Source: an uncultured delta proteobacterium
Lineage (GTDB): Bacteria > Myxococcota_A > Polyangia > Polyangiales > Polyangiaceae
DNA: 64,000 bases
Reading direction: 5' to 3'
Assembly (NCBI GenBank): GCA_963782055.1
Contig: CAWAIF010000003.1
Location: forward strand, 1,376,001 to 1,440,000
Each line of letters opens with the position of its first letter. Position 1 is the first letter of the stretch. The translations under genes were made by a program, and so were the position numbers. The notes below the pieces were generated by a model. The model made no database searches. It was not told the DNA's origin and saw only the letters and a list, made by a program, of their open reading frames with translations. This document shows positions 19,913 through 28,403 of the stretch, one piece after another.

Positions 19913-20290
19913 TCACCTCCCGCCCCTGAGCGCCGCGCGCACCATCCCCGCCGCACGCTTCGCGTTCTCCTCCACCACCTCCGCCTCGATCCGCAGCACC
20001 CGGAACCCCAGCGCCTCGATCACCGCCTGCCGCGCCGCATCCGCCTCCGCATGCCCCGGCTCCCGGTGCACCCCGCCGTCCACCTCCACCACCAGCCGCT
20101 CGCTCAGCGCGACGAAGTCCACGATGTAGCTCCCCGCCAGCACATGCTGCCGCCTGAACTTCACCCCGCCGCACCGTCGCCCCCGCAGCTCCCGCCACAG
20201 CATCGCCTCCGATCGCGTCGCCTCCTCCCGCCGCATCCGCCGCGCGTGGTGATGAAGGAAGAAGAGAGAGGGAGCTTCGTGCGGTGCCAT
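19913..20290 (-). CDS. DUF559 / Vsr-like endonuclease
   Basis: ARRMRR..T.SE..LW..LR, FRRQH, YIVDF, LVVEVDGGVH, D..R, GFRVLR. Confidence 0.9.
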   Translation of the reverse strand: MAPHEAPSLFFLHHHARRMRREEATRSEAMLWRELRGRRCGGVKFRRQHVLAGSYIVDFVALSERLVVEVDGGVHREPGHAEADAARQAVIEALGFRVLRIEAEVVEENAKRAAGMVRAALRGGR

Positions 20291-20403
20291 GCCCTCCCCA
20301 CAGCGACAGAAGCGTGACAGCCGCAGTGAAGCCACCCGCGATCCCAAGGAAGGCTGGCGCGCTTCTTTCGCTCCCAGGGCGTGGCACCGCACGAAGCTCC
20401 CTC
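20268..20403. repeat. 28-bp inverted repeat with 80-nt loop overlapping the DUF559 start codon
   Basis: gagggagcttcgtgcggtgccatgccct (20268-20295) vs agggcgtggcaccgcacgaagctccctc (20376-20403); 1 mismatch. Confidence 0.9.
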
Positions 20404-20521
20404 GCACGCTCCTGCGCAACCTCGAGGGGAGGCACACCGCGGGGGGAGGGCCCCGTTCCCTAGTGTTCGCCGTCGGGGAGAGCGGGCACGCGCACGGGCA
20501 TGGCCCCATCATCGTCGATAG

Positions 20522-20648
20522 CCCGCCTACCAGCGCCCAGACCATCCTCCCCGCCCGAGCGAGCGCGAGCGAGCGATGGGCAAGGGGAGGAGCCGCGCGC
20601 GGACCGCTCACCCGCTGCGCGTGAGCGGGAGCACGCGGCAGGCGGGGC
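20522..20648. repeat. Multi-hairpin REP-like repeat, full copy
   Basis: accatcctccccgcccgagcgagcg...ggggaggagccgcgcgcggaccgctcac...gtgagcgggagcacgcggcagg. Confidence 0.9.
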
Positions 20649-21203
20649 CTACCCCACCACCCTCCCCACCAGAAGCGCCAGCATCCGCTCCAGCTCCCCC
20701 GCGCTCCCCGCAGCCGCGCCGAGCCCGTCCGCCGACCGGTCGAGCAGCGTGGCGATGCGCGGCGCGAGCCGGCCGCCGACGTGACGGCAGCGAGCGAGGT
20801 GCTTCTGCAGAGAGGCGACGTACAGGGCGTGGGCCGACTCGCTCTCCTTGCCGCCGACGGCGTTCATGGCCTCGAGCAGCTCCGCGGCGTGGCGCGAGCT
20901 GTGGACGAGCGCGTACATCTCCAGGTGCTTGCTGGCGAGCGAGGCGAGCACCGCCGCCTCCGGCGACCGCGCCCGGCCCGCGGCGGCCTCCGCCCGCGCG
21001 TGCATGGCCTCTCCCAGCGTGGTGATGACGGCGGCGAAGACCGCCTCCTTGTTCGGGAAGTGGGCGTACGCCGTGGCCTTGGCGACACTGGCCTCCGCCG
21101 CGATGGCCTCCATCGAGGTGTGGCGGAAGCCGTACGCACTGAAGAGGCGTGCGGCCGCGTCCAGCAGCGCCACGCGCGTCTTGTTCGGCCTCACGGGCTT
21201 CAT
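20649..21203 (-). CDS. TetR-family transcriptional regulator
   Basis: LLDAAARLFSAYGFRHTSMEAIAAEASVAKATAYAHFPNKE. Confidence 0.9.
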   Translation of the reverse strand: MKPVRPNKTRVALLDAAARLFSAYGFRHTSMEAIAAEASVAKATAYAHFPNKEAVFAAVITTLGEAMHARAEAAAGRARSPEAAVLASLASKHLEMYALVHSSRHAAELLEAMNAVGGKESESAHALYVASLQKHLARCRHVGGRLAPRIATLLDRSADGLGAAAGSAGELERMLALLVGRVVG

Positions 21204-21293
21204 CGAAGACCTTCGAGATTAGCGCCGTTCGGCGCGCCCGGGATCGCCGTCCGACGTATTGAACGATCCAGGTACATATCGTATGGTCCGTCC

Positions 21294-22145
21294 ATGCCCG
21301 TTTCACGCGCCGTTCTCATCACCGGGTGCTCCTCCGGCCTCGGCAAGGCCACCGCCATCCAGCTCGCGAAGAAGGGGTGGACCGTCTACGCCACCGCCCG
21401 CAAGACGGCGGACCTGGCGGAGGCGGAGGCGGCGGGCTGCCGGCTGCTCGCCCTCGACGTGACCGACGAGGCGTCGATGAAGGCCGCGGTCGCCGCCGTC
21501 GAGGTCGAGCACGGCGCCGTCGGCGTGCTCGTCAACAACGCGGGCTACTCCCAGTCGGGCGCCTTCGAGAGCGTGCCGATGGACCGCGTGCGCCGGCAGT
21601 TCGAGACCAACGTCTTCGGCCTGGTGCGCCTCACCCAGCTCGTGCTCCCCGGCATGCGCAAGCAGCGCTGGGGGCGCGTCGTGAACCTGAGCTCCATGGG
21701 CGGCAAGCTCGTCTTCCCGGGCGGCGGCTTCTACCACGCGACCAAGTACGCGGTCGAAGCGCTCAGCGACGCGCTGCGCTTCGAGGTCCGCGGCTTCGGG
21801 ATCGACGTGATCGTCATCGAGCCCGGGCTCATCAAGAGCGGCTTCGCCGAGGCGGCGGCCGCGGCGATGAAGGGCGACGGCGAGGTGGCGGAGGCCTACG
21901 CAGACTTCGACGCAGCGGTGGCGCGCTCGACGAAGGAGGTCTACGAGAAGGGCCCCCTCGCCAAACTGGCGGGCGTGCCGGAGGACGTCGCCCGGACCAT
22001 CGGCAAGGCGCTCGCGGCCAGGCGGCCGAAGACGCGATACACCGTGTCCCTCTCGGCGAAGGTGTTCCTCACGCAGCGCGCGCTGATGAGTGACCGCGCG
22101 TGGGACTGGATGATGCGCCAGTCCATGCCCTCCCCAGGCGCGTGA
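21294..22145 (+). CDS. Short-chain dehydrogenase/reductase
   Basis: TGCSSGLG, VNNAG, YHATK. Confidence 0.93.
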   Translation: MPVSRAVLITGCSSGLGKATAIQLAKKGWTVYATARKTADLAEAEAAGCRLLALDVTDEASMKAAVAAVEVEHGAVGVLVNNAGYSQSGAFESVPMDRVRRQFETNVFGLVRLTQLVLPGMRKQRWGRVVNLSSMGGKLVFPGGGFYHATKYAVEALSDALRFEVRGFGIDVIVIEPGLIKSGFAEAAAAAMKGDGEVAEAYADFDAAVARSTKEVYEKGPLAKLAGVPEDVARTIGKALAARRPKTRYTVSLSAKVFLTQRALMSDRAWDWMMRQSMPSPGA

Positions 22146-22153
22146 CGCCCTAC

Positions 22154-22381
22154 TCAGTACGTCCCCTGGAACATGAAGCCGCCGTGGCACGCGGGCGTAC
22201 TGGCGCCGGCGTCCAGCGGCTCGCAGTCGTAATGGACCACGTCGGGCGTGCTGCAGTCCGCGCCGGAGCTGCTGCACGAGAGGACCGCCATCGCCCCCGC
22301 CGACAGGACGAGAGCCCCGGCCACGACGGCGCAGCGACAGGCGACGGACAGCGCTCCACGCGCGCCGCGACCGAAGGACAT
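22154..22381 (-). CDS. Small Cys-rich lipoprotein, possibly truncated
   Basis: AVLSC lipobox-like motif; CEPLDAG. Confidence 0.4.
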   Translation of the reverse strand: MSFGRGARGALSVACRCAVVAGALVLSAGAMAVLSCSSSGADCSTPDVVHYDCEPLDAGASTPACHGGFMFQGTY

Positions 22382-22524
22382 TCGTGCCCTCACGAGGGGG
22401 ATACGGAAAGCGTAGCCCGGGAGCGTGCACTCGGTCCGGAAACAAACTGCGAGCCCGCGAACGCCACAAAGCCTCATTCAACCTTCTCGCTCGTGCCGAC
22501 CCCTGCCGCCCCGCATCCGCCTCT

Positions 22525-22964
22525 GGATGCCCCATGCGCATGTCGACGGGCGCCGAGGGGACGTAGATCCGGACGCTGCGCGGCAGGCTCAGCACCGCGA
22601 CGCGAGCACCGCCGCGAGCTCGGCGATGTAGCTCGGATCCCGGCCAACGCGCGCGAGCGCGCCGCGAACCGCGATCTCGATCACGTCGTCGACCGACTCG
22701 ACGCGGCCCGACGGGTCGCGAACATGGACGGGCACGAGCTGCACCGCTCCCCGCTTGGTCGCCTTGTCACACCGTAGTTGCCAGCACCACCACCCGAGCG
22801 TCGCTCGCCGAATGCCGTGCCGCCGTGCGACCTCGTCGATCGAGCCCACGCGACCGACCTCGCGAACCAGTTGCTCCCACTCCGCTCGTGAACGACGCGC
22901 TGCCATCACGGCAGACTCCACGATCACCTCGACACCCGCGAGACGTCCATCGGCGGACGGTTAC
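22525..22964 (-). mobile_element. IS66-family remnant (left end, tnpA, truncated tnpB)
   Basis: Terminal GTAACCGTCCGCCG at 22964; tnpA-like ORF overlapping MLSLPRSVRIYVPSAPVDMRMG (IS66 TnpB N-terminus), then broken; no tnpC. Confidence 0.8.
22589..22906 (-). CDS. tnpA: IS66 accessory protein TnpA-like HTH
   Basis: RSRAEWEQLV...VARRHGIRRATLGWW...LVPVHV. Confidence 0.7.
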   Translation of the reverse strand: MAARRSRAEWEQLVREVGRVGSIDEVARRHGIRRATLGWWCWQLRCDKATKRGAVQLVPVHVRDPSGRVESVDDVIEIAVRGALARVGRDPSYIAELAAVLASRC

Positions 22965-23026
22965 GCCGCAGGCGATACGCAAACCGCGAGCAGCGCGCCG
23001 CGCGCGAGGTGGCCGCATTTGGAGAC

Positions 23027-23485
23027 TCATCCCTCGCCACCTGGACGTCTTGCTATCCGCCAGTCCCGCAAAAGCTCCTCCGGGTTGTCGCCCTCGGCCC
23101 GCTCGTAGAAGTCGCGAATCTCGATCGGAAACTTACGAACGAGTCCCTGGCGCCAAATCGCCATGAACCTTCGGACCTCCACCATGCTCGCAGTCGCATC
23201 ACTATAGTCAAGTAGCGCACCAACGAGCGCATTGGATACATCCGCATTCCGAGGCCGCAGCTCCACAGCGCGGCGCGCCGCTTCCACAGCCTCTCCGGTG
23301 CGCCCCAGATCGCTTAGCAGCTCATACAGAACGAGCCATCCGGCCGCACTGGCAGGATCCAGTGCCAGCGCTCGCTGAAAGGCAGCAACAGCCTCCCCGC
23401 GCTCGCCCCGCTCACGGAGCTCGAACGCCTCCTTGAATGCCGCCTCACGCTCGCCCTCATCAGGACCCCTTGTCTCCTGCGGCAC
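23027..23485 (-). CDS. TPR-repeat protein
   Basis: EAVAAFQRALALDP, EAVEAARRAVELRP; lower GC than the flanks. Confidence 0.7.
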   Translation of the reverse strand: MPQETRGPDEGEREAAFKEAFELRERGERGEAVAAFQRALALDPASAAGWLVLYELLSDLGRTGEAVEAARRAVELRPRNADVSNALVGALLDYSDATASMVEVRRFMAIWRQGLVRKFPIEIRDFYERAEGDNPEELLRDWRIARRPGGEG

Positions 23486-23669
23486 GTGGCCCTCCTTGCC
23501 GAGTCAGCGGCAACCGTAGCATGCACTACTCCCTCACTCATCATCCAAGTCACCCGAGCTTCGTATGCCGCGTCGGCCGTTCTTCAGCTGCTGGAGCATA
23601 GGAAACGCTAGCGCGAGCGGGCGCGAAAGTTTGCGGAAGCGATCTTACGCGAAGTCGTGCGGTTTGCTC

Positions 23670-23879
23670 TCCGCGGACGATGCGCTTCGTGAGGTCGACA
23701 ACTTGATTGCAACTCTCCGAAGGGGTGCACTCCCACCGCGCCTCGATCTTGAAATCCTCTTCGCGTCCACGGGGCCGATCCAGGAGGTGAGCCTGAGCAG
23801 CGGATGGGCGCAGCCGTTTCTCGCGCTCGCGAGTCGCTTCGATGCCGCAATGGCGGAGGTCTACAGGTCGGCGTCCTGA
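23670..23879 (+). pseudogene. 3' remnant of a small hypothetical gene
   Basis: ADDALREVDNLI...LFASTGPIQEVSLSSGW...LASRFD reads protein-like, but the 5' part does not. Confidence 0.4.
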
Positions 23880-23927
23880 GGTCGGCGGACCCCACTCGCG
23901 GGAGAGCCCCAGTCCCCTTCGTCCTCC

Positions 23928-24064
23928 TCCGTCCACAGCCCGCCACCACCGCCCAGACCATCCTCCCCGCCCGAGCGAGCGCGAGCGAGCGATGGGCCGG
24001 GGGAGGAGCCGCGCGCGGACCGCTCACGCGCTGCGCGTTAGCGGGAGCACGCGGCAGGAGGGGC
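23928..24064. repeat. Multi-hairpin REP-like repeat, stand-alone full copy
   Basis: Same sequence as 20522-20648 and 27468-27590 with no adjacent nuclease gene. Confidence 0.9.
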
Positions 24065-24082
24065 GTATCATCATCTCCCCCC

Positions 24083-24838
24083 GTGTCCGCCCCTCTCCGC
24101 CCGCGCCTCCAAGTCATCGCCCTCGCCCCCCTCCTGTCCGCATGCGCCGGAACCCACGCCGCCCCCCACCCGGCCGCGCCTCCCCCCCGCCCGACCTCCG
24201 CCCAATCCGCGCCGCCCCCCGCGCCCGCGCCGGGCCATACGGAGCAGATGCCCCCCGCCTCCGCCGACGCCCACTCCGTCGGCTGCATCGGCTGGAACCC
24301 CCCCGCCCGCCGCGCCGTCTGCATCACCGGCGAGTCCTCCATCCAGCAAGGCGACAATCTGGTCGTCGAGGAGCTCGGCGGGGACGCCACCTTCGACTGG
24401 TTGAAGACCCCGGGCCAGTCCTTCGACGCCGCCCCGAGCCCCGCCGCGGTGACCCGCCTGCGCGCGCTCCTCGCGGCCGGCGCCTACACCGCGCTCCCCG
24501 CCGGCCGCACCCTCGCGCCGGGCGAGGCGATCCCCTGGCCCGGCACGCACCTCGTCTTCCGCTACGCCCGCCAGTCGCGTCCGGACGTGGAGACGGACGA
24601 GGGCTCGTGGAGCGACGTCACCGATCGCATCGAGATCGACTGCGGCGCCGGCAAGCGCACCCTGTTCGAGCGAGAGATCCAGGGCGCCGGCGACGGGCCG
24701 GCGATCCTGCGCGGCGCGGCGCAGCAGCACCTGGTGCTCGTCGAGTGGGCGCCCACCTGGGCGCTGGAGGGCGACTCCGGCGGCGCGGTGCAGGCGACGC
24801 TCATCGACACCGCCGCCGAGCGCTGCGCCGATCCCTGA
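24083..24838 (+). CDS. Hypothetical lipoprotein
   Basis: LSAC lipobox; Pro-rich linker. Confidence 0.65.
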   Translation: MSAPLRPRLQVIALAPLLSACAGTHAAPHPAAPPPRPTSAQSAPPPAPAPGHTEQMPPASADAHSVGCIGWNPPARRAVCITGESSIQQGDNLVVEELGGDATFDWLKTPGQSFDAAPSPAAVTRLRALLAAGAYTALPAGRTLAPGEAIPWPGTHLVFRYARQSRPDVETDEGSWSDVTDRIEIDCGAGKRTLFEREIQGAGDGPAILRGAAQQHLVLVEWAPTWALEGDSGGAVQATLIDTAAERCADP

Positions 24839-24863
24839 CCGCCCGCCGCCCGCCGCCGGCCCG

Positions 24864-25346
24864 CTACTTCGAAGACGAAGGCGCCGCCGGCGCCCCCGCG
24901 AGCACCCCGCACGTCCGCACGCGCTTCACCTCCGTCTGCGTCCCGTAGGGGATGAACGTCCCGAGCACGAACACCGAATCGGCGAAGTGCCTGAGCGACT
25001 CCTGGTCCCGGAAGGCGACGCGCACCCCGCACTCGTGCTTGGGCCCCACCACCGCCGGCACGGTGAAGGTCGGATCGATCGATTGATAGAAGTGCCCCGC
25101 CCAGAACACGTCGCACTCGCCGATCGACACCGACTCGACGCCCGGCAGCCGCTCCAGCGCCTCCTTGGCGCGGTCGAACCCCTTCCGCGCGTCTGCCGCC
25201 GCCGAGGCGTCGTCGCAGGTCACGCCGGTGATCGCCAGGGATGGATGCGCGCTGCTGACCGGGGATGCAGGCGCGACGGCCGGCGGCGCCGGTGACCCAC
25301 ACGCGACGACGACGACCGAGGCCGTCGCCAGGAGTCCTCTGTGCAT
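24864..25346 (-). CDS. Hypothetical lipoprotein
   Basis: VVAC lipobox. Confidence 0.65.
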   Translation of the reverse strand: MHRGLLATASVVVVACGSPAPPAVAPASPVSSAHPSLAITGVTCDDASAAADARKGFDRAKEALERLPGVESVSIGECDVFWAGHFYQSIDPTFTVPAVVGPKHECGVRVAFRDQESLRHFADSVFVLGTFIPYGTQTEVKRVRTCGVLAGAPAAPSSSK

Positions 25347-25606
25347 GATCGACTCCATATGGAGTCCTGCGCGCGACGTCAAAGGTGGCGCGCCGCGCAC
25401 TCGTCGTCGGCAGGGTGAAGGTGCCGCCGCCCCCTGCCTGCGGAACCGCCCCGCCCCTTAGTGGTCACCCCGCCCCCACCCGGTCCGATCCAGGACCATG
25501 ACGCCACTGTCTTGCTCTGCGGACCGCACGCCGCACCGATCGCCGCGGCACCCGCAAGAAACCGCCACCATCCCTCCCGGCACGGCCCTTGCGATGGGTA
25601 GCCACC

Positions 25607-26173
25607 ATGCGCTCCCTCCCTCTCGCCGGCTTCCTCGCCTTCGTCGTCTCCGCCACCGCCTTCGCCGCCGGCTGCGGCTGCGATCCGGGCAACAACGGAT
25701 ATCGCGCGCCCCTCGGCTTCCAGCCCTCCAGCGTCGAGGCCTTCCGCACGCCGGCGCGCTGCGGCGCGGCCAACCCGGACGCGGCGCCGGGCGACGTGCT
25801 CTCCCTCGAGCTCGTCGGCGCGACGGACGTCGCCCCGCCGTACACCGCGATGGACCTGGACGTGACGCGCAGCGCGCCGCAGGGACAGGCGGTGCCGCTG
25901 GTGGTGAGCCAGACCTCCCAGGGCACCGTCACGGCGAAGTCGACCGACGGCTCCATCCAGTTCACCTTCACCGTGGGATCGAACGCGGGCGAGATCGACT
26001 CCGCGGCGCTCGCCTCGGTGGTCGTGACCCTCGACACGATCCCGACGGCCGACGGCGAGCCCCTCGCCGCCGAGCTCCACCTCCGCTTCGACGACGGCAG
26101 CGTGCTCGATCAGTCCTACAGCGCTCCGGTGCACACCCCGCTCTTTCGCTGCGTCGCGAGCCCGACGCAGTGA
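25607..26173 (+). CDS. Hypothetical secreted protein or lipoprotein
   Basis: Signal peptide ending AAGC; beta-rich body. Confidence 0.7.
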   Translation: MRSLPLAGFLAFVVSATAFAAGCGCDPGNNGYRAPLGFQPSSVEAFRTPARCGAANPDAAPGDVLSLELVGATDVAPPYTAMDLDVTRSAPQGQAVPLVVSQTSQGTVTAKSTDGSIQFTFTVGSNAGEIDSAALASVVVTLDTIPTADGEPLAAELHLRFDDGSVLDQSYSAPVHTPLFRCVASPTQ

Positions 26174-26190
26174 GCTAGACTCGGATCGCC

Positions 26191-26607
26191 ATGCTGCGGC
26201 GCGCGCTTCCCCTTCTCCTCCTGCTCGGCACCGCGTGCGGCCCGAGCACGCCGGAGGGGCAAGAGGAGGTGCTGTTGCCCTTTCCGGATGACGGCGGGGT
26301 GACGTGGGACGCGTGGGTCGGCCCCTTCGTCCGCGACTACTGCGTCCAGTGCCACGAGCCCAGCGCGCCCTGCGGCGGCAACGGGTGCCACGCGGCGGGC
26401 AATCCCGCGCTGTTCGACCTGCACGACAAGCAGGTGGCGGTCACCCTCTCGCAGACCATCCGGTGCGGCATCGCCACGACGCAGGATCCGAGCTGGAACT
26501 GCAGCGTGTCGGCGAAGAAGTTCCCGGTCGAGAACGGCGGCAACCCGCTCCCCACCGACGAGCAGCGCGCGCTGGTGGTCGGCTGGGTCGACGCCGGCTG
26601 CCCCTGA
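26191..26607 (+). CDS. Lipoprotein c-type cytochrome
   Basis: GTAC lipobox; CVQCH plus CGGNGCH; C-terminal WVDAG. Confidence 0.7.
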   Translation: MLRRALPLLLLLGTACGPSTPEGQEEVLLPFPDDGGVTWDAWVGPFVRDYCVQCHEPSAPCGGNGCHAAGNPALFDLHDKQVAVTLSQTIRCGIATTQDPSWNCSVSAKKFPVENGGNPLPTDEQRALVVGWVDAGCP

Positions 26608-26853
26608 CGGGCGCGTTGCTGCGGCCAGATCGCGTCGGTCGTCCCGGCGCCAGCCTCCCCTTGTGAGCGCGCACCCTACCGCCTCCCCGCCGAGAGGCCC
26701 GACCCCGTACGCGGAGGCATGGGTTCGCCTTCGACGTCGCCGGCTCATACGACGGCTCTCGTTCGGGGTGGTGGGGGACGAACTGGACGGTGATGGCGAT
26801 CGGGATGGGCCCGACCCAGAGTTGGAGCCCTTGATGGCGCCGCAGGCGCCGCC

Positions 26854-27231
26854 TCACCTCTCGCCCCTGAGCGCCGCGCGCACCATCCCCACCGCCCGCT
26901 TCGCGTTCCCCTCCACCACCTCCGCCTCGATCCGCAGCACCCGGAACCCCAGCGCCTCGATCACCGCCTGCCGCGCCGCATCCGCCTCCGCATGCCCCGG
27001 CTCCCGGTGCACCCCGCCGTCCACCTCCACCACCAGCCGCTCGCTCAGCGCGACGAAGTCCACGATGTAGCTCCCCGCCAGCACATGCTGCCGCCTGAAT
27101 TTCGCGCCGCCGCACCGCCGCTCCCGCAGCTCCCGCCACAGCATCGCCTCCGACCGCGTCGCCTCCTCCCGCCGCATCCGCCGCGCATGGTGATGGAGGA
27201 AGAAGAGAGAGGGAGCTTCGTGCGGTGCCAT
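26854..27231 (-). CDS. DUF559 / Vsr-like endonuclease
   Basis: 125 aa; 5 amino-acid differences from copy 1. Confidence 0.9.
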   Translation of the reverse strand: MAPHEAPSLFFLHHHARRMRREEATRSEAMLWRELRERRCGGAKFRRQHVLAGSYIVDFVALSERLVVEVDGGVHREPGHAEADAARQAVIEALGFRVLRIEAEVVEGNAKRAVGMVRAALRGER

Positions 27232-27344
27232 GCCCTCCCCACAGCGACAGAAGCGTGACAGCCGCAGTGAAGCCACCCGCGATCCCAAGGAAGGCTGGCG
27301 CGCTTCTTTCGCTCCCAGGGCGTGGCACCGCACGAAGCTCCCTC
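27209..27344. repeat. 28-bp inverted repeat with 80-nt loop overlapping the DUF559 start codon
   Basis: Identical to 20268-20403. Confidence 0.9.
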
Positions 27345-27467
27345 GCACGTTCCTGCGCAACCTCGAGGGGAGGGACACCGCGGGGGGGGAGGGCCCTGTT
27401 CCCTACTGTTCGCCGTCGGGGGAGAGCCGGCACGGGCACGCGCGCGAACCCATCATCGTCGATAGTT

Positions 27468-27590
27468 CGCCACCAGCGCGCCGACCATCCTCCCCGCCCG
27501 AGCGAGCGAAGCGAGCGATGGGCAAGGGGAGGAGCCGCGCGCGGACCGCTCACGCGCTGCGCGTGAGCGGGAGCACGCGGCAGGAGGGGC
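27468..27590. repeat. Multi-hairpin REP-like repeat, full copy
   Basis: Includes a perfect ccgctcacgcg-ctg-cgcgtgagcgg hairpin at 27546-27570. Confidence 0.9.
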
Positions 27591-27598
27591 CCATCCCC

Positions 27599-28297
27599 TC
27601 AAGGCCCCGAATAAAACACCACCCGCGCCCCGAGCACGAGCGCGTGCCGGTCAATCGACCGAGCCCCCACATAGTTGTATTCTACATCCGGCCCCAGCGC
27701 GAGATGCACGTGCTTCCCCCGCAGCACGTTCCACTCGTAGAACGCGCCCACCCCGAGGAAGGACTGCACCCCGCTCGCCCCCGGGTACGGACCCCGGCTC
27801 GCCTCGAGCTGCGCCTGTCCGATCCCGAACGCCGCCATGAACCCCAGATCGCGCAGCCACGGCGCCACGTAGAAGAGCGGAAACGCCTCCACCCGGAAGC
27901 CGAAGGCGGTGCTCATCGACGACCAGTCCCCGTTCTGGAGGAGGCCGCTCCCGCCCCAGATGCCGACGCTGAAGACATCCGCCAGCGCGGCCTCGATGAA
28001 GAGCGCGCCGGTGCCGCCGAACATGTTGCCGCCCGCGGCGTAGTACGCCGGATCGCCGATCTTGGAGGACTCGTTGGGGTAGCCGGACGCCGTGCCGAGG
28101 AGGAAGCCGCCGGTGATCCCCGCGACGAAGCCGCTGCGCCGCGTCGCAGGCGCCGCGGTGGGCTCCTCGTCGCCTTTCGAGGTGCGCGTGGCGGTGGGCG
28201 GAGGCGCGGGGGCGCGCGGGGTCTGGGGCGCCTGGGCCCGCGCCACGGCGGGTGCGAACGCGAGGGAGGCGGCGAGGAGCGCGGCAGGGCGACGCAC
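27599..28297 (-). CDS. Putative small outer-membrane beta-barrel protein
   Basis: Signal peptide; alternating aromatic/Gly strands; ends LGARVVFYSGP. Confidence 0.65.
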   Translation of the reverse strand: MRRPAALLAASLAFAPAVARAQAPQTPRAPAPPPTATRTSKGDEEPTAAPATRRSGFVAGITGGFLLGTASGYPNESSKIGDPAYYAAGGNMFGGTGALFIEAALADVFSVGIWGGSGLLQNGDWSSMSTAFGFRVEAFPLFYVAPWLRDLGFMAAFGIGQAQLEASRGPYPGASGVQSFLGVGAFYEWNVLRGKHVHLALGPDVEYNYVGARSIDRHALVLGARVVFYSGP

Positions 28298-28403
28298 GGC
28301 CTCGCTTCTAGCCCGAAACGGCCCCGGACGGAAACCCGCGGCGGGCCCGAAGTTGCGCCCCGCGCCGGCCAGGCGTAACTATCTCAGGGTCCGGAGGCAC
28401 CAA

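Larger units (their letters stand above)
19910..20648 (-). mobile_element. Putative DUF559-nuclease cassette, copy 1
   Basis: Near-identical to 26851-27590 over about 740 bp with unrelated flanks. Confidence 0.7.
26851..27590 (-). mobile_element. Putative DUF559-nuclease cassette, copy 2
   Basis: Near-identical to 19910-20648. Confidence 0.7.

Noticed and set aside
26610..26850. Possible gene disrupted by cassette copy 2
   Set aside because: Short protein-like pieces occur on both strands, but no matching continuation was found beyond the cassette.
19910..27590. CRISPR array or composite transposon interpretation of the repeats
   Set aside because: The repeats are kilobases apart with no regular spacers, and there are no cas genes, transposase or target duplication.
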